DNA of 64,000 nucleotides from Candidatus Krumholzibacteriota bacterium. Its GTDB lineage: Bacteria; Krumholzibacteriota; Krumholzibacteriia; JAJRXK01. Every line of letters starts with the position of its first letter. Positions within the stretch are counted from its first letter, which is position 1. The notes under the pieces were generated by a model that was not told the origin of the DNA, did no database searches, and saw nothing but the letters and a program-made list of their open reading frames with translations. Location: NCBI GenBank assembly GCA_963764625.1, contig CAVXTH010000007.1, positions 224,001-288,000 of the forward strand, read 5' to 3'. Below, piece after piece: positions 58,801-64,000 of the stretch. Made by a program: the position numbers and the translations under genes.

Positions 58801-59010
58801 GGTGATGGGGCCGCCCCCGAAGTCTACCGCTCCGCTGAAGGTGCCCGCGACCAGAATGTTTCCCCACAGATCCTTCGCAACTGAGTTGGCCTGGGTGGAA
58901 CTGGGCAAGGCAAAGCTCTTGCTCCAGTCATAGATGAGCGCGGCGTCGGTGGGAGGAGAACTTAGGAGGATTGCAAGGACAGCGGACAGAAGCACTGTTC
59001 GTGCGCGCAT
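55816..59010 (-). CDS. Secreted beta-propeller repeat protein with FlgD-Ig/T9SS-type C-terminal domain
   Basis: 14 repeats of VDFGGG.L.S.G..DIF[LV]A.[FY]D..GNH.WS..FG; QNFPNPFNPKT...RKMLLVR. Confidence 0.87.
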   Translation of the reverse strand: MRARTVLLSAVLAILLSSPPTDAALIYDWSKSFALPSSTQANSVAKDLWGNILVAGTFSGAVDFGGGPITSAGADDIFLAKYDAQGNYLWSRSFGGFGYEFCNSVAVDGSGNIIIVGQFRYGVDFGGGILTSAGNDDIFVAKFDPDGNHQWSKRFGDSKNQYGIAVAADDANNIAVVGYFNGTLDFGGSPLVSGAQINIFVVEFDADGSHLWSRSAGDDTFQRCNTVAMDASGNVIIAGEFSGSMDLGDGLLTSAGGDDIFLAKYDDQGNHLWSRQFGDAEYQRCYGIAVDGSENVVLTGYFNGSVDFGGGTLVSVDAADAYLASFDGDGNHRWSKSFSGGSDQLGSAMTIDSSDNITISGFFEESVDFGGGLLTSPSAEELFIASFDRDGMHRFSKGFAGPKYSLGTSIAAADSGKVVFSGGFSDSVDVGGGSIAAGHSDHGFVAELDDGGSHQWSFRVGQLTGYGYSGTMAIDGAHNLVITGGCQLSVDFGTGVLPGGLGYDVFVAKFDENGNALWNRRFGDGGTQTGRAVAVDGVGNVILSGSFRSSVDFGGGELTSPGESIYLAKFDGDGNHQWSRGFGDATSRILAFVATAAAGRVVLAGSLVGDVDFGGGNLSATDSSQDIFVASFDADGNHLWSKRFVGIGEQTTHGVAVDPQGNVVLAGSLSGSIDFGGGPLTSAGDQDVFVASFDANGNHRWSHEYGDSEPQQAASVATDGAGNVIITGTFQGSVDFGGGPLNTAGFDDIFVASFDSNGNHRWSRGFGSHFYEHSPAITANAAGTVVLTGSMNGAVDFGGGPLAGTGSDSVFLAAFDSDGIHLWSERYEGLYEQLPTSVAIDGSDRVSVLGHNTDSIDFGGGPLGGNIFIAHFSDTQVPVRFANFEARPRQRVVELRWDVWSNDPRERYVLYRRDMPGAQDVAIASGRMQESSGIYLDEGVAIGGTYEYQLAVQTTGGDEQRSTTVTVTIPLLRTTLAQNFPNPFNPKTSIEYTLGEQLEAVVLDIYDTAGRRVARLDQGPREAGTYRVEWDGRDGRGKALSSGVYLYRLEGVRGVGARKMLLVR

Positions 59011-59225
59011 AAACACCTGATTTTGCGATGGGGAATGGGCGTGGGGGACTTGGACTCCCAGAGCAAGCATACGCCTGCGGGGTTGGCGGGGGAAAGCTGA
59101 TTTTAAAGTTCCTGCCGCCCTCATTGCTTCACGGCCTCCGCAGACGGTGCTCGAGCAGAGCAAGTTGGGTAGTGTTCTCGCACCGGCTTGGATGTCGCCC
59201 CGGATCGGGATCTGGACTAAATCGG

Positions 59226-59480
59226 TCATCTGACGACGACAACTCGACGGATCGAGATGCTTTCTCTGGACTCGAGGCGCAGATAGGAGACGCCGTCGTC
59301 CTCGATCCGCGTCGGGGCGGACACGGAATCTGCTTCACCAACCAGAACCGCGCGTCCGTAGGTCCCGTCGGGACCAAGGCCCGAGAACGCGGAGGCCAGA
59401 TCCCCCGGCCCAGCGTGGGCAAAGAGTGGCCTCAGTAGCAGGAGGCCCAAAAGGACGGCGGGGACAATGGGGACTCGCAT
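59226..59480 (-). pseudogene. Abridged secreted-protein gene (signal peptide fused to the last strands of a C-terminal domain)
   Basis: GGAG RBS; MRVPIVPAVLLGLLLLRPLFAHA...GVSYLRLESRESISIRRVVVVR* (84 aa). Confidence 0.6.
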
Positions 59481-59529
59481 GATGTTCTCCAGACTGCGAT
59501 CGTGTCTCGCTTCGGGGGGTACCCCTTCA

Positions 59530-59603
59530 TGCGCCAAAGCCGGGCGGGAGGTGACACGACCCGGGGCGAGATCAGCTGTCACCTGACCTGCCGAATCGGC
59601 GCA
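59530..59603. promoter_or_regulatory. Divergent pair of putative ECF promoters TGTCAC-N17-CGCA
   Basis: Plus strand 59577-59603 and minus strand 59556-59530; both read TGTCACCT...GGCGCA. Confidence 0.6.
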
Positions 59604-59772
59604 GGTAGTTTCTGAGGGGCCCAGAGCGGAATCCGCGCTTCGCGGTGGCATCGACGATGTCGTTCGATATGAAGTATCATGGGACCCAGGGCCAAAGCGC
59701 ACCGCAGGGTGAGACGAAGCCGGCTTTGCGGCATTTGCCCACCGAACCGTTAAGCACCGGGAGTGGACAGAG

Positions 59773-62634
59773 ATGACCGACAAGCGTTGGCGCCACCTGC
59801 GCGCCCTGTTCGACGAAGTCCAGGAGATGTCCGAGGCTGAGCGTGATTCTCACCTCGACCGCGAACTCGCTGGAGAACCGGAGCTCCGCGCCGAGCTCGA
59901 AGCTCTTCTGGAGAGTGGCAAAGCGGCGGTCGGTTTTCTTGCGGAACGGTATAGCCCCGGAACCGGTTCGAATGTGGGACCCTACCTACTCCTCGAACTG
60001 CTGGGCGAAGGCGGATTCGCCGTCGTCTACCTCGCGGATCAGCTTCACCCCATACGACGCCGCGTCGCACTCAAGCTGATCAAGCCGGGCATGGATACGA
60101 AGCAAGTCATCGCGCGCTTCGAAACGGAGCGGCAGGCCTTGGCGCTCATGGATCACCCCGGCATCGCCCAGATCTTCGAGGCCGGCGAGACGGAGATGGG
60201 TCGCCCGTACTTCGCAATGGAGTACGTACCCGGTGTCGCCATCACGTCGTTCTGCGATCAAGAGAAGTTGGATCTTCGCGAGCGCCTCCAGCTCTTCCTT
60301 CAGGTATGTGATGCGATCCAGCATGCGCACCAGAAGGGAGTCATTCATCGGGACATCAAGCCGTCGAACATTCTGGTTACCCGGCGAGACTCAGGGTATG
60401 CGCCCAAGGTCATCGATTTCGGCATTGTCAAGGCGAGGGGGGTCTTGGAGATCGACGAGCGGACCATAACGCAGGAGGGGTTGGTCCTGGGGACAGTGGG
60501 CTACATGAGCCCCGAGCAGATCGGCGCGGTGACGGCGTCCGTGGATACCCGCTCGGACATCTACTCCCTCGGCGTGGTGCTGTACGAGTTGCTCGCAGGA
60601 GAGGTGCCCTTCGATCAAGCCCTGCTTCGCAAGGCAGCCTGGGCCGAAATTCTTCGTTTGATTCGTGAAGAAGATCCGCCACCGCTGGCCGCTCATGCCG
60701 CGCGATTGGAGACCGGCGAGATTGCTGGACGGCGCTCGACGGACACGCGCACCCTTTTGCGTGAGCTGAAGGGCGAGGTGGAGTGGATCACTCAGCGTGC
60801 TTTGGAAAAGGAGCCGGACCGGCGGTATGCCTCTGTTTCGGAACTGGGCGCCGACATCCGGCGGCTTCTCGCCAACGAGCCGGTTGTGGCTGCGGCGCCC
60901 AGCAACACCTATCGCCTAAGAAAGTATGCTCGGCGCCACCGCGTAGGAGTGACTACGGCGGTTCTCGTGCTGACCGCCATTCTGGTCGGTGCGATCGCTT
61001 CCGGAATCGGATTCGAACGTGCGCGCCGCGCCGAACTAGCAGCTCGGCGGGAGGCGGAAGCTTCCAAGCGCGTATCCGACTTTCTCGTTGAGTTGTTTCA
61101 CGCATCGAGTCCCGGAGTCTCAAAGAGTGACAGCGTTACGGTGCGCACGCTGCTCGACGATGGTACGCGCCGCATCGAGTTCGGCCTGGAAGAGGAGCCG
61201 CATGTCCGTGCCCGACTGCTGGGTACGATGGCAGATTCCTATCTAAATCTCACTCTCTACGATGAAGGCCTACGTCTTACGCGGGCTGCGCTCGCGGTCA
61301 GCGAGACGATAGAACCGCGGGACGATCTGGAAATCGCGCACTACCTCGACAAGCTGGCCAACGCATTCAGCATGGCTGGTCAAACGGACAGCATTCCCGC
61401 CGTGGTGGACCGAGTCATGAATCTCCTGAAGGCTTCCAAGGTCGGGGACCCCGAGCTGCTCGCTTCCTGCCTCTACCGGAAGGGAAAATTGTGCTTGTTG
61501 CAGGGATCTCTTGGGCCGGCGGATTCCCTCATCTCGCTGGCGCTTCAAGCGGTCGAGTCCCAACCATCACCTGATCCGTTCCGTCTGGAGAAGATGTACT
61601 CGACGCGGGCGACCATCGCAGACCTGAGACTAGAGACGGAGAATGCTGAACGCTACTTCCTGCGAGCGCTGGAATTCTCGGAGGCGGCTGGCGATCCGGC
61701 GTCGGCAACGTCTCTGCACAGCCGCCTCGCCGTCATGTACGCGAACGCAGGAAAAAAGGATGAAGCCTTGAGCCATGCCCAGCTCGGCGTGGACATCGCG
61801 CGGCGAATCTATGCGCCGGATCACGAGCGGCTGGCGGACGCTCTGAGCGGCCTGAGCTACGCCTTGTCGAGTCTGCAGAGCTGTGAGGATGCGATCCCGG
61901 TGCAGGAAGAAGCGGTCGGAATTCTAAGGGCCAAAGGAAGGCCCAATGAAAGTTTTGCCTACGAGCTAAACCTCCTATCGATCTTGTACACATGTGCCGG
62001 ACGGAATGACCTCGCCATTGCGTGTGGGAGTGAAGCCCTCGAGGTCTATCGAAACCGTTTTGGCCCAGATCACTTCCGGACCGCCGAGTCGCTGGGAAAC
62101 CTCGGTCGGTGCTACGCTGCGGCGGGGATGGTGGCACCGGCGGATTCCCTCTTCCGCGAGGCCCTCGACGTTTTCGCTCGCATCGGTGATCGGACTGCTT
62201 ATCCCACCCTGTTTCGGATGGATTACGCCAACTTCTGTCGTGAACAGAATTGGCTGGTCCAGGCCGACAGTCTATATGCATGCGCTGAGGCCGCGTTGGA
62301 CTCGACTAATGCCGGGATGAGAAACTCCCTCGGTGAGTGTCTGATCGGACATGCCCGACTGCGTTCACTCCAGGGCCGAAACGAAGAGGCCGAGTCCATG
62401 ATTGCGACCGGGTTCCGAATGAAACAAGATGACGCGCTTGACGACGACGTGCGCCTTGGCGCCGCGTATCTGGCTTGGGCCGAGCTGCGCACACGGGCCG
62501 GCAACTTCGACGGCGCCATCGAGAGGCTCCAGCTAGCGGTCCGATGCGGCGTCAGCGTGGAAGATGTCGCCGGGTACCCGGAACTCGCCGCGCTTCGCTC
62601 CCGGCCGGACTACCCCTTGGACAGTTCACCGTAG
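59773..62634 (+). CDS. Hanks-type Ser/Thr kinase with TM helix and TPR domain
   Basis: LGEGGFAVVY, VALKLIK, HRDIKPSN, DFG, GTVGYMSPEQ, DIYSLG; TM helix; TPRs. Confidence 0.95.
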   Translation: MTDKRWRHLRALFDEVQEMSEAERDSHLDRELAGEPELRAELEALLESGKAAVGFLAERYSPGTGSNVGPYLLLELLGEGGFAVVYLADQLHPIRRRVALKLIKPGMDTKQVIARFETERQALALMDHPGIAQIFEAGETEMGRPYFAMEYVPGVAITSFCDQEKLDLRERLQLFLQVCDAIQHAHQKGVIHRDIKPSNILVTRRDSGYAPKVIDFGIVKARGVLEIDERTITQEGLVLGTVGYMSPEQIGAVTASVDTRSDIYSLGVVLYELLAGEVPFDQALLRKAAWAEILRLIREEDPPPLAAHAARLETGEIAGRRSTDTRTLLRELKGEVEWITQRALEKEPDRRYASVSELGADIRRLLANEPVVAAAPSNTYRLRKYARRHRVGVTTAVLVLTAILVGAIASGIGFERARRAELAARREAEASKRVSDFLVELFHASSPGVSKSDSVTVRTLLDDGTRRIEFGLEEEPHVRARLLGTMADSYLNLTLYDEGLRLTRAALAVSETIEPRDDLEIAHYLDKLANAFSMAGQTDSIPAVVDRVMNLLKASKVGDPELLASCLYRKGKLCLLQGSLGPADSLISLALQAVESQPSPDPFRLEKMYSTRATIADLRLETENAERYFLRALEFSEAAGDPASATSLHSRLAVMYANAGKKDEALSHAQLGVDIARRIYAPDHERLADALSGLSYALSSLQSCEDAIPVQEEAVGILRAKGRPNESFAYELNLLSILYTCAGRNDLAIACGSEALEVYRNRFGPDHFRTAESLGNLGRCYAAAGMVAPADSLFREALDVFARIGDRTAYPTLFRMDYANFCREQNWLVQADSLYACAEAALDSTNAGMRNSLGECLIGHARLRSLQGRNEEAESMIATGFRMKQDDALDDDVRLGAAYLAWAELRTRAGNFDGAIERLQLAVRCGVSVEDVAGYPELAALRSRPDYPLDSSP

Positions 62635-63185
62635 AGCCAGGCCCGCGCGAATGCCCAGTCACGGAGGATCGTTCGCCCGGAAGCTTCCAGGATCTCTGCC
62701 ACCTCGTCCACGCTCAGGCCACCATAGAAGCGGAGGCGAACGACCTGCGCGGCGCGCGCATCCCGCTCAGCCAAGCGCTCGATGGCGCGGTCGAGAGCCA
62801 AAACCGTCTCCGGATCCTGGTCGTCGGCGAGCGCGGCGACTTCCTCGAGATCGAGGGAGACTCTGCGCGCCGGCCGGCCCTCCAAATCGCCCCCTCGTTT
62901 TGCGCGACGCTTCGCCCGCGCGCGTTCGATGAGGATGCGCCGCATGGCCTCGGCCGCGGCCACGAAGAACTGACCGCGACCCTGCCATTCGCTGCCTTCG
63001 CCGGGGCGCAGGCGCAGGTAGGCCTCGTGCACGAGCTCGGTGGACTGGAGGGTGTATCCGCTTCGTTCACCACGTATCCGGGCGTGCGCAATGGCTCGCA
63101 ATTCGTCATAGACCTGCGCAAAGAACTCGCCGGAGTCTTTTCCGGTTGGGGGCGGCGGGTGTGGGGAGGTGTCATCCTGGGCCAT
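62610..63185 (-). CDS. ECF sigma factor, kinase-associated (TIGR02999-like)
   Basis: VYDELRAIA, TLQSTELVHEAYLRL, AMRRILIERAR..KRGG, RDWAFARAWL. Confidence 0.93.
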   Translation of the reverse strand: MAQDDTSPHPPPPTGKDSGEFFAQVYDELRAIAHARIRGERSGYTLQSTELVHEAYLRLRPGEGSEWQGRGQFFVAAAEAMRRILIERARAKRRAKRGGDLEGRPARRVSLDLEEVAALADDQDPETVLALDRAIERLAERDARAAQVVRLRFYGGLSVDEVAEILEASGRTILRDWAFARAWLYGELSKG

Positions 63186-63297
63186 AATGCGTACGATCGT
63201 AACTGGGATCCCGGCCTCATGCAACCGAGGTCGGAGAATGGCCGACCCACACGAAAGCTCCAAAAAGAAGTGTGTCTCCTACCACGAGCCCAATTGT

Positions 63298-63378
63298 GCC
63301 CGAGATGCCGAGCCAGCGCTACCTCAGGCCAATGGTGACGAAATCCATGTCAGATCGAATGAGCCACCCGACTGGCCA
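63298..63378 (-). pseudogene. Fused remnant of the 55193-55783 and 54048-55154 genes
   Basis: 63298-63349 matches 54027-54078 (48/52); 63345-63378 matches 55667-55700 (31/34); overlap CCATG. Confidence 0.85.
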
Positions 63379-63412
63379 TCGGACTTCAACCAACCAAAAC
63401 TCCAGCTCTTGC

Positions 63413-64000
63413 TCACTCCGGCTCTTCGCGGCTTGGCTCCACCGGCAGTGGAGGCAACCCCTCCGCGGCGCGCCACTCCACCAGCAGGGCGCGCGTCCGC
63501 TCCGCGCGATCTTCGCTGGGGTCGAGCTTACCCTCTGGCCGCAGATAGTGCCACTCGTCCGGATAGGTTTCCGCGGCCCACTTCTCGAACTCTTCCTCGC
63601 GACTCTGTTTGGAAGGGGAGGGCTGCCCTGGATGGGCATCGGAGATCAGGTAGCCTTCGATGAGTCCCTTGTCGTCGAAGAAGTAAGTGATGCGATAGGT
63701 AGGCGCATCCTGACGCTCGGTAAGGCGATAGTAGTCGTTGATCTCGGTCGCGATGGCCCACACCGAGTTGCCTTCGACCTGCCACGGTTCGTGCTCTCCG
63801 TGCGAGTTGAAGACCTGGTCCCAGTGATGGTAGGGGCCGAAGCCCAGCTTCATCGGATTCCCCTCACCCTCCTTGCTGTCGAACCACACCCGTGGATCGT
63901 CGGTGAGGTAGCGCTGGGCTTCTTCGACCTTGCCGGCATTCCGCGCCGAGCGGAACGCTTCCACTTTGTCGATGAGCTTCGATTGGTGACTACACGCGCC
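63413..64000 (-). CDS. Hypothetical lipoprotein, possible NTF2/SnoaL-like fold, 5'-truncated by the window edge
   Basis: Frame open to the window end (…GACSHQSKLIDKVEAF); YFFDDKGLIEG strand pattern. Confidence 0.55.
   Translation of the reverse strand, partial: GACSHQSKLIDKVEAFRSARNAGKVEEAQRYLTDDPRVWFDSKEGEGNPMKLGFGPYHHWDQVFNSHGEHEPWQVEGNSVWAIATEINDYYRLTERQDAPTYRITYFFDDKGLIEGYLISDAHPGQPSPSKQSREEEFEKWAAETYPDEWHYLRPEGKLDPSEDRAERTRALLVEWRAAEGLPPLPVEPSREEPE

Overview
GC-rich (about 63-65% by eye) bacterial chromosomal window with no phage, transposase, integrase or CRISPR-Cas genes. Six secreted proteins end in a FlgD-Ig/T9SS-type C-terminal domain (PNPFNP..T.I.Y/F...SG.Y...L.....RK..L.K/R) and one ends in a TWG..K..Y tail. 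This points, by inference only, to an FCB-associated candidate lineage such as Krumholzibacteriota, Eisenbacteria or Latescibacterota. Order: partial Omp85/BamA-TamA gene; carAB; secreted proteins; an ECF sigma/anti-sigma/exported TPR-CHAT protease module; a Fur-box-preceded beta-barrel; an FG-GAP protein; FAD oxidase, GH92 and transglutaminase-like genes; an arsenic cluster (arsR-arsP-arsEFG-like divergent from arsR-acr3); a LuxR/radical-SAM/OmpA/M48/ADH/GGDEF envelope-stress-like cluster; tRNA-Arg(TCT); an accessory stretch of secreted repeat and fibre-like proteins; and a Ser/Thr kinase-ECF pair. Four unexplained structures stand out. (1) Copies of the tRNA-Arg 3' end at 51420 and 53959 delimit single-gene, integrase-less units, and a 17-bp copy of the 5' end lies at 40695. 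(2) An exact TTGCCA-N15-GTGTT motif occurs three times, before the ECF gene, a secreted-protein gene and one tRNA-linked cassette gene. (3) A divergent pair of TGTCAC-N17-CGCA motifs sits beside the kinase-ECF pair. (4) Several 'abridged' gene copies keep colinear pieces of a parent locus joined at microhomologies. Three genes carry +1 frameshifts that may be sequencing errors. All calls are by eye from motifs; no searches were run.
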